Virus record (IMG/VR): IMGVR_UViG_3300025410_000018
Reading direction: 5' to 3' (one strand)
Length of the DNA: 20,000 nucleotides
Source: an uncultured virus (IMG/VR IMGVR_UViG_3300025410_000018)
Lineage: Duplodnaviria; Heunggongvirae; Uroviricota; Caudoviricetes
The notes below the pieces were generated by a model. The model saw nothing but the letters and a program-made list of their open reading frames with translations. It was not told where the DNA came from and searched no databases. Below are positions 1-8,871 of the stretch, in pieces (the stretch's first letter is position 1; every line of letters begins with the position of its first letter). Position numbers and translations under genes: made by a program.

Positions 1-37
1 GCCTTGTGAGCGGGGTCTGTACAACAGTGGGTAAAAC

Positions 38-961
38 TTAGAATGAACCTGAAGATCCCCATGCGCCCAATGGATCTGACCATCCGAATGAATAACGCTC
101 ACGTGCTTTGTAACGTACGTTACCAGTGTCGAAGTCGCCGTCCATAGATGTAGCCATAGGCATACGCTCAAAGTGCTTGAGACCGTTTGGAACATCAGTT
201 AACAAGAACCATGCATTAACGTCTGTCAAGAAGTGGTTAACAGCGTAACCTTCAGGAACAGAACCGTTATTTACGATTGCGCTGATGTCGTTGTTGTTAG
301 TACCAACACGGAGGTTAGTCTCTAATAAACGAGTAGCAACGAATTGTAATGCAGGTGGAATGATTAACTTACGTGGCTTAGCAGCGATCAATAGACCACG
401 CTCATCTGTCCACGCAGCAATTTGAATAACAGCATTTTCCAATGAAGTTTCGTTCAAATCAACTGGTGTAGTTGGAGCGTTAGAGTTTGTACCGCCGTTA
501 ACAGTTGGGTGTGCTGTACTGAATAAAGGTACACCGTCACCGCCGTTATACTGGTTGTTAGAACCAGAGATAAAGCCGTTATTTAAAACAGAAGCCGCTT
601 TAACTTGCTTGGTATAAGCCATAGCACGAGCAAGAGCTTTAGTATAACGAGCAGACAAAGAGTCATACAAGTTATCTTCAATCGCTTCTTCAGTGATTGA
701 GAAACCTAAAGCAATAGTTTCGTGTGAGTAGCGAGCTGTAAAAGCTTCTTGCGCATTGTCATAAGCAATTTGTGCGCCTTCAGATTTTACTGGAGCAGCG
801 GAGAAACCAGAAAGTTTGGTTTCTTCTTCGAATGAACGCTCAGATTTCTCTGTTTCGTACAATTCTTTATGCTCTTCGCCATAGCGTTTATACTCAAGAC
901 CAAACAAGGCATTGAGACCGGGGAGTAGCTCTTTTAGGAGCTGTGAACGTGAAATAGCCAT
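38..961 (-). CDS. Major capsid protein (HK97-fold, Mu gpT-like family)
   Basis: 307 aa. N-terminus MAISRSQLLKELLPGLNALFGLEY, GGDGVPLFSTAHP, KPRKLIIPP and C-terminal RYKARERYSFGWSDP are typical of this capsid family. It lies downstream of portal and scaffold, with an AAGGAG RBS. Confidence 0.9.
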   Translation of the reverse strand: MAISRSQLLKELLPGLNALFGLEYKRYGEEHKELYETEKSERSFEEETKLSGFSAAPVKSEGAQIAYDNAQEAFTARYSHETIALGFSITEEAIEDNLYDSLSARYTKALARAMAYTKQVKAASVLNNGFISGSNNQYNGGDGVPLFSTAHPTVNGGTNSNAPTTPVDLNETSLENAVIQIAAWTDERGLLIAAKPRKLIIPPALQFVATRLLETNLRVGTNNNDISAIVNNGSVPEGYAVNHFLTDVNAWFLLTDVPNGLKHFERMPMATSMDGDFDTGNVRYKARERYSFGWSDPLGAWGSSGSF

Positions 962-976
962 TTGTTAGCTCCTTAA

Positions 977-1603
977 TTAACTAGCAGTTGAGTTGTAATA
1001 GGCGTGAACACCGAAGTTCAGTTTAACGATACAGTCAGTGTAAGCGTCGCCCGGATTAGATGGGAAGTTACCACCAAATGTTGAAGACTCATTTACTAAG
1101 TCAACGATACGAACTGCATATGTAGCGTTGCTGTTAGAGATTGAGCTTTGTAACAATTGGATAGTAGAGTTACCATAAGTAGCATTACCACCAAAGTTAG
1201 TCAACTGTGCATTAGAACCAATGTTAGCAGCAGTAACAGAACCTGAAGCTTGAACTTGGAATAAAGCATCTGGATCATCCATAACACGAATAAAGATATT
1301 TGTGTAGCCAGAAGTTACAGCGTTAGCTGGTAAATACTGAGCATATAAAGGATAACCAAGCTGTTGACCAGCTAATTGATAACGAACACCTACGCAAACA
1401 CCAATAGTACCAGCTGTGGTAGTTGTTGGGGTTGTTGTAACTGAACTAGGAACACCAGCAGCGATCTTTATCAAATCGCCAGAATACATTGCGGCAGAGT
1501 TGTTTGTTGTCAGTGCAATCTCACGAATAACACCTCCATTAAACGCCTGCCCACCGATCAAATTGATCGGCTTTAATCCATAAGGATTGGACGTAGTAGC
1601 CAT
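977..1603 (-). CDS. Putative capsid decoration / minor head protein
   Basis: 208 aa, G/T/S/N-rich and apparently beta-rich (NPYGLKP...GDL...GVCVG...DDPDALF). Immediately upstream of the capsid gene; GGAG RBS. Confidence 0.6.
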   Translation of the reverse strand: MATTSNPYGLKPINLIGGQAFNGGVIREIALTTNNSAAMYSGDLIKIAAGVPSSVTTTPTTTTAGTIGVCVGVRYQLAGQQLGYPLYAQYLPANAVTSGYTNIFIRVMDDPDALFQVQASGSVTAANIGSNAQLTNFGGNATYGNSTIQLLQSSISNSNATYAVRIVDLVNESSTFGGNFPSNPGDAYTDCIVKLNFGVHAYYNSTAS

Positions 1604-1622
1604 TTAATTTCTCCAAAAAAGT

Positions 1623-2075
1623 TTATTTAGAACCATTACCAAAACCGCGTCCTCTAGTTACTGTAGATTTGTTGTCAGTAAATAAAGGCATACGGGCATC
1701 ATTGTTACGCATAAAGTGATTGTCCACTGAAGCCATTTGGTTTTCGGCAACTTGAGCGTAGTGTTCTCTGCGTGCTTCCACCATTTCTTCTGGTGCTTTA
1801 CAAAGAATCAATCCACCGATTTCGACGTTTCCGTCTTTATTGCCAGCAACCTGTAACTCAGGGTGATCAACTGCTTTTACGGGTACCCAGCCTTCACGGA
1901 ATTTTTGTGACATGTTAGTGTGATTTGACTCACCTCCAACTTCAGCCGCAAGATAACGGAATTTAAATCCCGGTTCCGGTGTAGGGTCAGGTAACGCGCT
2001 AGGCGGTTTATATACATAACGTGTAGGATTGTTTTCACGAGTTTCCTGATCTCGTTGAGTGCGATTATTAGCCAT
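1623..2075 (-). CDS. Head-module hypothetical protein
   Basis: 150 aa with REGWVPV and IGGLILCK motifs. Overlaps the scaffold stop codon; GGAG RBS. Confidence 0.75.
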   Translation of the reverse strand: MANNRTQRDQETRENNPTRYVYKPPSALPDPTPEPGFKFRYLAAEVGGESNHTNMSQKFREGWVPVKAVDHPELQVAGNKDGNVEIGGLILCKAPEEMVEARREHYAQVAENQMASVDNHFMRNNDARMPLFTDNKSTVTRGRGFGNGSK

Positions 2076-3033
2076 TGTTGTTCTCCAATTTTAAAGCGTG
2101 ATTAGCGTATTCTTCATATGAAAGTCCAAATTTATCTGCTATGCGTTTAGCTGTTGCAGAAAGTTTGACCTGTTTTTTTGCTCCCGTAGAACGGGTAGCA
2201 GATGCAACTACGGTTGCAGGCTTTTTAGTTGGCTCAACACGGGCTGGTTCGTCTTCACTCTTAAATACTTCAGGGAAAACTTGCTTTATGCGAGAGTCTA
2301 CTCTCTCGAAATATTCTGCGGTGCGCGGGTCATAACCCGTAGCTACTAGTTTTTGGTGCAGCCCTAGTGCAAAAGCCGTCATTTCTTCGTACCCCGGTGC
2401 CCCGAACCACTGGTTTTTTGCTTGCCAGCGCAAGGTTCTTTCGTCGAGTCTCGGTGTTTCTGGTACTTGTGCCTCTATTTTTACATTATTTAAATCACTT
2501 TGTAAAGGGGTTGGACGAAAATTTTTTGCTGCTTCTAATCTTAATTTTGCTTCCGTCAATTTTTCTTGTGCTTCAAGCATGACATCAGCATCGTAAGAAT
2601 CAGCCGCAGCCTTATAATTACGTCTTGCCATTTCTAGTTCTGCTTCTGCTTTCTCTTTTAAAGTCTCAGCATAAGAAGCTTCACCAGTTTGAACGTATTG
2701 CTTTAATTTACGATTTTCTTCTAACGCAGAATGAGCTAATCTTTCTAACTCAGCTTTTTCTCTAGCTAGCGCTTCCTTAGCACGACGTTCATCATGTCTT
2801 GCATGTGTAAGTTCTTTAATCCTTGCTTGAACAGATTTACTATACTGCTCAATCTCTTCATCTGTTGGATCTTCTACTTCACGGTTTAAAGGCTGCGCGC
2901 GTCTATCGCGTTCAGGTGTATCGTCTTCAATGACAATGTCTATGTCCGTCTCAGCATCGACATTAACATCGACTTCGTTTTTTGGATTTTCATCCAAACC
3001 CATTTCATCTGGGAATTTGTAATCATCACTCAT
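2068..3033 (-). CDS. Capsid scaffolding protein (putative)
   Basis: 321 aa with an acidic N-terminus, long coiled coil (VQARIKELTHARHDERRAKE...) and C-terminal helix-turn-helix (IADKFGLSYEEYA). Located between portal and capsid genes. Confidence 0.75.
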   Translation of the reverse strand: MSDDYKFPDEMGLDENPKNEVDVNVDAETDIDIVIEDDTPERDRRAQPLNREVEDPTDEEIEQYSKSVQARIKELTHARHDERRAKEALAREKAELERLAHSALEENRKLKQYVQTGEASYAETLKEKAEAELEMARRNYKAAADSYDADVMLEAQEKLTEAKLRLEAAKNFRPTPLQSDLNNVKIEAQVPETPRLDERTLRWQAKNQWFGAPGYEEMTAFALGLHQKLVATGYDPRTAEYFERVDSRIKQVFPEVFKSEDEPARVEPTKKPATVVASATRSTGAKKQVKLSATAKRIADKFGLSYEEYANHALKLENNNG

Positions 3034-3042
3034 TTATATCTC

Positions 3043-3507
3043 CTACTTAAAAGCACCGAAATAACGCTCGGTGTGTACGTTTGATTTACTTTGATTCCAC
3101 AAAGCAGGTACTACCTGAAGATTACTAAATACACAAGTGCCTCCTTTTGAAACAGGCACTATATGATCGACATGCCAACAACCGCCAACAATTTTATTTC
3201 GTAGACGCGTTAAAGAAACCGCCTCATTCAACACAAACTTATCTATTTCAGATAAGTTTTTTTCAAAACTGCGTCTAACTATTTGGTATCGTAAGCGTGC
3301 TTGTTTTCTAGCTTCAGAAAGAGGTTTAGTAGCTCTAAGTGTTTCTATTTTAGATCTACCGCCGGAAGCAACATACGCTTTATCTTCTTTGCGTTTTTGC
3401 GCTTTGCCTTTCTCTGTTGCATAATAGCGTTTTTTAGCCGCTTTAACCTTTTCAGGATTGGCTTTTTGCCAAGCACGTATTTGAGTTATCCGTTTTTCAC
3501 TAAGCAC
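3043..3507 (-). CDS. HNH endonuclease (free-standing, homing-type)
   Basis: C-terminal WHVDHIVPVSKGG...NLQVVPALWNQSKSN motif and a K/R-rich helical N-terminus. Confidence 0.85.
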   Translation of the reverse strand: MLSEKRITQIRAWQKANPEKVKAAKKRYYATEKGKAQKRKEDKAYVASGGRSKIETLRATKPLSEARKQARLRYQIVRRSFEKNLSEIDKFVLNEAVSLTRLRNKIVGGCWHVDHIVPVSKGGTCVFSNLQVVPALWNQSKSNVHTERYFGAFK

Positions 3508-3937
3508 GGCGTATACCTCTAGGGTCCTCTACTACACCTTCAACCTGATCATCATAGATAATCCGGAACTCTTTGCCATGGATTTTCATCCTTGTCCCTG
3601 TGTATGGTCTGGTAATAACAAAATCACCTTCTCTACACCACGGTCCTGACGGAAACTTCTCTGCATCTTTATATGCGTCGGGTCCAAGTTTGATAACAAA
3701 CAAAACAGGAGAAGTTAATTCCTCAACCATCTTCGTTTCATCTGCTTTAATAAGACCATTTTCAAACGTATCACCGGCTTCAACTAAAGCGCAAAGAATC
3801 TTAAACCCACTTGGAGTAGGCATTGATTTGGCTTTTTGTTCCGCTTTTTCATACTCTTCATCTACTACAGGTGCTGCTGGTACTACGCCCGGAGGTAGAA
3901 TTAACCCCTGTTCCGGTAATGCGATGGTGTCACTCAT
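3500..3937 (-). CDS. GroES/Cpn10-like co-chaperonin
   Basis: Pattern P-x-G-x-KIL...GLI...VIKLGPDAY...WCREGDFV...YTGT...GKEFRIIYDDQVEGVV follows the Cpn10 fold. ATG 3937 (MSDTIAL) is preferred over the track start 3970 because it overlaps the upstream stop. Confidence 0.8.
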   Translation of the reverse strand: MSDTIALPEQGLILPPGVVPAAPVVDEEYEKAEQKAKSMPTPSGFKILCALVEAGDTFENGLIKADETKMVEELTSPVLFVIKLGPDAYKDAEKFPSGPWCREGDFVITRPYTGTRMKIHGKEFRIIYDDQVEGVVEDPRGIRRA

Positions 3938-4136
3938 CGTTGTCTTCTTCCATAAGTTGTGCGAGGTCAAGTAAATGGCGCTCTGCTAAGGCTAGACCTC
4001 GAATCACCCCACAGAGCTCTTTGTAAACTTCAAAGTTTGAGCACTGACCATTTGCCAAGTCGTCAGTGTAATTGTTCATATCCTCTCTTAATTTTTTTCT
4101 AAGAGCGTCAACAAAACTAAGTGCTTGTAAATCCAT
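3930..4136 (-). CDS. Small head-module hypothetical protein
   Basis: 68 aa, helical, with YKELCGVIRGL motif. Translationally coupled to the portal stop (TAATG); AAGGA RBS. Confidence 0.75.
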   Translation of the reverse strand: MDLQALSFVDALRKKLREDMNNYTDDLANGQCSNFEVYKELCGVIRGLALAERHLLDLAQLMEEDNDE

Positions 4137-6562
4137 TATTGATTTCCTTTATTTGTTTTCATTTGAGCTTTATGTTTGGCTACATCAACGCCAACTTTTA
4201 GTCCTTCTAACTGCGAAGATTGTTTATCTTTGCCTGCCTGCATACCAAGTCTAACTTGTTCGTTTCTGTTTTTATCCATAATCTCCATTTGTTTAAGGTG
4301 AATTTCATCTGCTTTAGCTGCAACATCCGCCATCATTTTTTTCTTCTTAATATCTAATTCTTGCTGTTTTATCTGTAATTCTTGTTGCTGAATCTGCAAG
4401 ATCGGATCTTGTGCGTTCTGTTGGGCTTGTTGTTGAGCCATATGCGCTTTACTTTCCTGCAACACTTGACCAGATGCTTGAGCCATGAGCCTACTAATTT
4501 GATTCTCAATCTCTGGTGGCAGAGTATCTTCAGGACTAGGTAAGGCAACACCCAATGCTTTTTCAATCTTCTGTCTGTATGCAAACCCTACGTGTTCTGC
4601 AATATGCGCCTGCATTGCCGCCATAATAGCCTGCGCTTGTGGGTTCTGCCCAATCATCTGTTGAACAAGAGGGTCAGTCATAGCTGCTTGGTGCACTGCA
4701 ATATGAGACTCATGGTCTTGGAATATAAAGGCTTTTAGTGGTTCGCCTTTTAATGCCTTCATATTTTCTGTTACAGGATCTGTAGGTTTCTCATCTTCTG
4801 GTAACGGCACTAGCTTATCTGCGTGTTTTATTCCGAGGACTTCAAGCATTTGCCTGTGTAACTGGGGAAGATTATATATTTGGGGGGCAGTTTGGGACAA
4901 TTGTATAACTGCTTGGTATTGAACCACTCGCTGTGAAAGAGTGGCAGCATTAGGATCGGAAACAGGATGAATATCGACCCTATGATAATCAGATTGCTTA
5001 ATATTGCGCCCACCCTCTTCAGGATCATAGTCATAGTCTTCCGGTGTGTAATCACGAATAATCTCCGCTAGTAATTGAAGTTCTTGTTTTAACGCGAAGT
5101 GTACACGAGCCTGCACCGCAGACATTACTTTAAGCGTTCTTTCCAAAATAGCTAGTGTAGATCCCACTGGCGCTTGGTTACTCATATCAGAAATCTTTAA
5201 GTCGCCTGTTGCAGCAAACCTACGTCCTTCTTCTACAATTGTTCCTAACAAGTTATACAGCGTTGCAGATGGTTCTTTATATGGCAAAGGCAGAATATTA
5301 TCCCGCATACTACCACTACCCAAGTCTACATCACGCCATTCCCCCGGAGCAATCGGAGTATCGTCGCCTTTAATTCTTAAACCACGAGTTTTTAATCCGC
5401 CGGGTAAATTGGAAAGAGTACCAGCGTCAACAAGCTGGCGCATAATGCTGGTAGCACTTTTAGCAAAGCCTCCGACCAAATGGAACAAACCAAAACCATA
5501 AGCTCCATAGCCGGGGATGTACTGATAATGAACAAAATGATGTCTTTTAAGTTTGAGCTCATCGTCTTCTTTCCAGTTTCTGCGAATAGATAATATATCA
5601 TTTGTACCACGTAGCATTGTCACTACGTAAGGTAGCGCAATACCGGTTTCCTCTCCGTCGTCAGTATCTTCGTATCCGGGAAGGTCAAGGTCCACGTGTA
5701 TTTCATAAAGCTCGAATCTATCGTCATAAGACGCTGAGAAACCAGTTTCTTTATCTTTTTTGTCCTGAATATCAGTGTAAAATTTTTGAGGTTCTCCAAG
5801 TTCAATTTCCCTATAAAAACCAGCATGCATTAATTTTATCAAATCATTCTTTGTTTTACGCATACGGTGGGTAATTCTATGGCAGACCGTAATATCACTT
5901 GTACCATATGGAATTAATATATCTTCCGCCGGTACAAAAACGGAAACTTGTCTTTCTAAATTTGGATCGTAATACACTTTTTTAAACGCAGAACCTGCAC
6001 TTGGCAAGTTCCACAACATCTTCTCGTGCTCTGATCTATATTCAGGCATTTTTTCTGTAAGCTGGTAGTTCATATCTTCTTCTACGCGTTGAGCAGCTGC
6101 TTTAATCTCAGGCGTTTCTTTACCAACAATACTTGTTCTTACAGGTCCACGGGCAGGGAATGTCTCCATAATAGCTTCAGACTGGAACCTAACAACCGCT
6201 TCTGTAATCATCGGATGGAACACACCGCAAGCACCATCCCACGGTTCTGTTCTTTCTTCAAACTTTAGACCAAGTAGGGTAATCCCTTCCTTGTACATTT
6301 TTTCCCAATCTTTGCGGGAGTCAATATCGTTCTTAATATCTTCACTCAAATCCCCAGCTAAAGACTGTAGCTCACTTGGGTCCATCACCTCAGCTAAGTT
6401 TTGGTTAAAGTCATCTTCCCCATCTTTCTCTATGTCGATCTCCATATCACCTGCTGATATATGTACCGCTTCTGGATCTTCAATCTCGATCTCAATATCT
6501 GGTTGATCTGCTAGGGCTTCTAGTCCTTGGGGTGCTTGGTATAACGATTTATCGACTGCCAT
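4136..6562 (-). CDS. Portal protein
   Basis: 808 aa directly after the large terminase. Contains GSAFKKVYYD and YGFGL motifs and a Q-rich C-terminal coiled coil as in podovirus-type portals. Confidence 0.9.
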   Translation of the reverse strand: MAVDKSLYQAPQGLEALADQPDIEIEIEDPEAVHISAGDMEIDIEKDGEDDFNQNLAEVMDPSELQSLAGDLSEDIKNDIDSRKDWEKMYKEGITLLGLKFEERTEPWDGACGVFHPMITEAVVRFQSEAIMETFPARGPVRTSIVGKETPEIKAAAQRVEEDMNYQLTEKMPEYRSEHEKMLWNLPSAGSAFKKVYYDPNLERQVSVFVPAEDILIPYGTSDITVCHRITHRMRKTKNDLIKLMHAGFYREIELGEPQKFYTDIQDKKDKETGFSASYDDRFELYEIHVDLDLPGYEDTDDGEETGIALPYVVTMLRGTNDILSIRRNWKEDDELKLKRHHFVHYQYIPGYGAYGFGLFHLVGGFAKSATSIMRQLVDAGTLSNLPGGLKTRGLRIKGDDTPIAPGEWRDVDLGSGSMRDNILPLPYKEPSATLYNLLGTIVEEGRRFAATGDLKISDMSNQAPVGSTLAILERTLKVMSAVQARVHFALKQELQLLAEIIRDYTPEDYDYDPEEGGRNIKQSDYHRVDIHPVSDPNAATLSQRVVQYQAVIQLSQTAPQIYNLPQLHRQMLEVLGIKHADKLVPLPEDEKPTDPVTENMKALKGEPLKAFIFQDHESHIAVHQAAMTDPLVQQMIGQNPQAQAIMAAMQAHIAEHVGFAYRQKIEKALGVALPSPEDTLPPEIENQISRLMAQASGQVLQESKAHMAQQQAQQNAQDPILQIQQQELQIKQQELDIKKKKMMADVAAKADEIHLKQMEIMDKNRNEQVRLGMQAGKDKQSSQLEGLKVGVDVAKHKAQMKTNKGNQ

Positions 6563-6571
6563 AATTTATCC

Positions 6572-8089
6572 TTAATAATAAGCGGCTCTGCGCGCTCTAA
6601 AATACGAATCTTCTTTCTCATCTGAGTCCAAGCTAATGAACCCGCCCTGTCTGTACCTAAGTAGTGCTTGTGATACCGTATCCACATAGTCATCATGCTC
6701 GCCTACGGGGAATGAAGCAACTTCTTCTACAACTTCACGTGCCCACCTAGTATCAGGTGCCCACACTTTACCGCTTGTAAATAAATCAGCAACGGCATTA
6801 AGTCTCACTATCTTATCATTACCACGCGACGGTGTAAATTCCTGCACCGGTATACCCATTCTTCTTAATTCTTGAATCAACGGCGACCCCGCTGCCTTTT
6901 TCTCCACTATGAACGCATCAGGCTGCCACTCTTTGTAATGTTTAAGTGCCATCTGTTTTAGTTCTGGAAACGCCATCCTATCTTTAAAAGCGTCAAGGAG
7001 AATAATATTAGGCTGGTTTTTGTCCTCATTGTTATACCAAACGCCCCAAGTTGTACATGCAGAATAGTCAGCTGTTGTTTTAGTTTCAAACGCCGTATCC
7101 CAAGACTGTATAACATACTCACATCTAGGTGGGTCGTCTGCTTCCCAAATATTCCAGTCCTTCCTACCAATTATTGCCGCAGAATCTGCGGTTGGATTCT
7201 GCATATACTGAGCGTTCCAATATCTTGGATCAATAGATGCCTTCGTATTCTTTAGCGCTTCAAGGGGCCACTGTTCGGGCCAAAGGCTTTTCTCATCTTC
7301 TGTATCTTCGTTAAGAATCGCAGGCAGTTCTACCAATTCCCACGGAATAGTATTAGGGTTTTTAATCTGGTAGTCCAGCAATCGTCCTGTCAAGTCAAGT
7401 AATGACCATCTAGTCATAATGACTATAATAGCTCCGCCGGGCATCAAACGCTGTAACGGACCAGTCTGAAACCAACTCCAAGCAGTATCGAACGCTAAAC
7501 GAGAATTTGACTTAACGTCTTGCTCAGAATGTGGGTCATCAATAACAAATAAATCAGCGCCACGACCGGCGAGAGCGCCGCCAACACCAGCGGCATAATA
7601 TTGTCCACCTGCCCCAGTACTCCACTTGCCCGCAGCCTTCTGGTCATCCGCAACAACTGTGTCCGGAAATATTTCATGGTACTCCTCACTTTCTAATAAG
7701 TTTCTTACACGCCGTCCAAAGTCTTCTGACAAACCCGCTGTATGGGTTCCCATAATAATCTTCTTCTCAGGGTATTTACCTAGAAAGTATGCCGGAAATA
7801 AATACGAACTAAACTCAGATTTTCCCATCCTTGGTGCAATATTAATAATAACGCGCTTTTTGCGCCCCTCAACAACATCTTGGAATATTTTAGCTAAGCG
7901 TCTGTGCTGTGGTCCAATCTTAAAGCCGGGGTATATTCTTTTAGCAAACTCTAGCATGTCATCTTTAGCTAGATCAATTTCACCACGACGTTCTTTTTCT
8001 TCTAAATCTTCTAGAAACTTAAGCTTTTCCGCTTTTGTCATTAGTGGTAGCGCTTTTTGCGCTGCTTGTAGTTCTTCAGGACTTAGCAT
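6572..8089 (-). CDS. terL: Terminase large subunit
   Basis: Walker A APRMGKS, Walker B LFVIDDP, motif III IMTRW, YMQNP, and nuclease motifs SWDTA and HDDYVD. Confidence 0.95.
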   Translation of the reverse strand: MLSPEELQAAQKALPLMTKAEKLKFLEDLEEKERRGEIDLAKDDMLEFAKRIYPGFKIGPQHRRLAKIFQDVVEGRKKRVIINIAPRMGKSEFSSYLFPAYFLGKYPEKKIIMGTHTAGLSEDFGRRVRNLLESEEYHEIFPDTVVADDQKAAGKWSTGAGGQYYAAGVGGALAGRGADLFVIDDPHSEQDVKSNSRLAFDTAWSWFQTGPLQRLMPGGAIIVIMTRWSLLDLTGRLLDYQIKNPNTIPWELVELPAILNEDTEDEKSLWPEQWPLEALKNTKASIDPRYWNAQYMQNPTADSAAIIGRKDWNIWEADDPPRCEYVIQSWDTAFETKTTADYSACTTWGVWYNNEDKNQPNIILLDAFKDRMAFPELKQMALKHYKEWQPDAFIVEKKAAGSPLIQELRRMGIPVQEFTPSRGNDKIVRLNAVADLFTSGKVWAPDTRWAREVVEEVASFPVGEHDDYVDTVSQALLRYRQGGFISLDSDEKEDSYFRARRAAYY

Positions 8090-8672
8090 CGCCGCCTTCT
8101 ACCTGTTTAGATTCCACATCCACAACTTCTACTTTACCCATAAACTTACCAAGCTTCTCCTTAATACGTTTCTCAAGCTCTTCATCGCTAACATCTTCAG
8201 TTTTAACCTGTACCCTGTCAGTAAATAGGGCGACTTCTGTAACCTTACCTAGCATTTCTAAAGCTTTTAAACGTATTCTAGCGTCTGGGTGGTCAGTTTC
8301 TTGCACAATTTTTGTTACAGCCATGCTTCTAAGCTCTTCTGCCTGCTCAATAAACTTCCACTGGTATGCGCTGACCATTGCTACCGTAGATCTAATCTCT
8401 TCTGGTACTTCTAACTTTAGAAGTTGTTCTTTGGCTTTAGGGTCGGCGTTAATTAATGCGGTGAATGCTTCAACAGCTTTGGCTTCTTGCGCTTTTGACA
8501 CGATCATGTCGTCCTCTCCGGTAATATCGGCAAGCCAATCCGTCGTTTTTATCTGAGCGTCAAGTGTTTGTGAGGGAGAAATTTTATTTAAAGAGGTAAA
8601 GTCTTGCCGTTCTGCCTCTGGGACAGGTAGAAAGTCTGCTTCATTTGCTTCTACTAAGTGACTCAATAACAA
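8076..8672 (-). CDS. Terminase small subunit (putative)
   Basis: 198 aa overlapping the terL start. RLKALEMLGK is the oligomerisation-helix motif typical of TerS. TTG start with GAGAGG RBS. Confidence 0.75.
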   Translation of the reverse strand: MLLSHLVEANEADFLPVPEAERQDFTSLNKISPSQTLDAQIKTTDWLADITGEDDMIVSKAQEAKAVEAFTALINADPKAKEQLLKLEVPEEIRSTVAMVSAYQWKFIEQAEELRSMAVTKIVQETDHPDARIRLKALEMLGKVTEVALFTDRVQVKTEDVSDEELEKRIKEKLGKFMGKVEVVDVESKQVEGGDAKS

Positions 8673-8715
8673 GTTAACCTCTCTTTTTTGCGCGGTGGGT
8701 TCGCGTATGGTTTCG

Positions 8716-8724
8716 ATTGTAACA
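8716..8724 (-). promoter_or_regulatory. Candidate late-operon promoter (extended -10)
   Basis: Minus strand reads TG-T-TACAAT about 45 bp upstream of the terS start. No clear -35, so it may be activator-dependent. Confidence 0.5.
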
Positions 8725-8739
8725 GTATTTTAATTTTTT

Positions 8740-8748
8740 TGTTATACT
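8740..8748 (+). promoter_or_regulatory. Candidate sRNA promoter (extended -10)
   Basis: TG-T-TATACT directly upstream of a hairpin/terminator unit and back-to-back with the minus-strand element at 8716-8724. Confidence 0.5.
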
Positions 8749-8754
8749 GGCGTT

Positions 8755-8823
8755 GCAAGTGCTCATACATTTGCTTTTCCTTTAGTATTCTTTAGCCCCA
8801 TCCTAAGCGTTGGGGCTTTTTTT
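8755..8823 (+). ncRNA. Putative trans-acting antisense sRNA (~70 nt) with an anti-Shine-Dalgarno seed
   Basis: Upstream extended -10; 5' hairpin GCAAGTG-CTCATA-CATTTGC; exposed TTTTCCTTTAG; intrinsic terminator. 8762-8783 is complementary at 21/22 nt to 13038-13059. Confidence 0.6.
8794..8823 (+). terminator. Rho-independent terminator
   Basis: AGCCCCA-10 nt loop-TGGGGCT followed by a T run. Confidence 0.8.
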
Positions 8824-8842
8824 ATTGGCTAGTGTCTAAGAT

Positions 8843-8871
8843 TTGACATGACTCATAGGATTTTTTACAAA
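8843..8871 (+). promoter_or_regulatory. Possible sigma70 promoter overlapping an imperfect palindrome
   Basis: TTGACA (8843-8848), 17 bp, TACAAA (8866-8871). TGTCTAAGATTTGACA (8833-8848) is an imperfect palindrome and ATTTGACAT recurs at 8872. Confidence 0.35.

Noticed and set aside
1..37. Possible terminator after the major capsid gene (minus strand ACCCCGC-TCACAAG-GC...)
   Set aside because: The second arm would run off the window edge, so it cannot be verified.
2141..6506. Short alternative-frame and antisense ORFs inside scaffold, HNH, GroES-like and portal genes
   Set aside because: They overlap well-supported genes almost entirely and have no independent signals.
7626..8556. Long plus-strand ORFs (200 aa and 173 aa) opposite the terminase genes
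   Set aside because: Antisense shadows of real genes; Ser-rich, with no RBS or motifs.
8663..8770. 35-aa minus-strand ORF (MYEHLQRQYNKKIKILLQSKPYANPPRKKERLTCY) with an apparent RBS
   Set aside because: It spans both promoter boxes and an A/T tract and starts upstream of the predicted late TSS. Its RBS/ATG is exactly what the complement of an anti-RBS sRNA would look like. Kept only as the alternative hypothesis.
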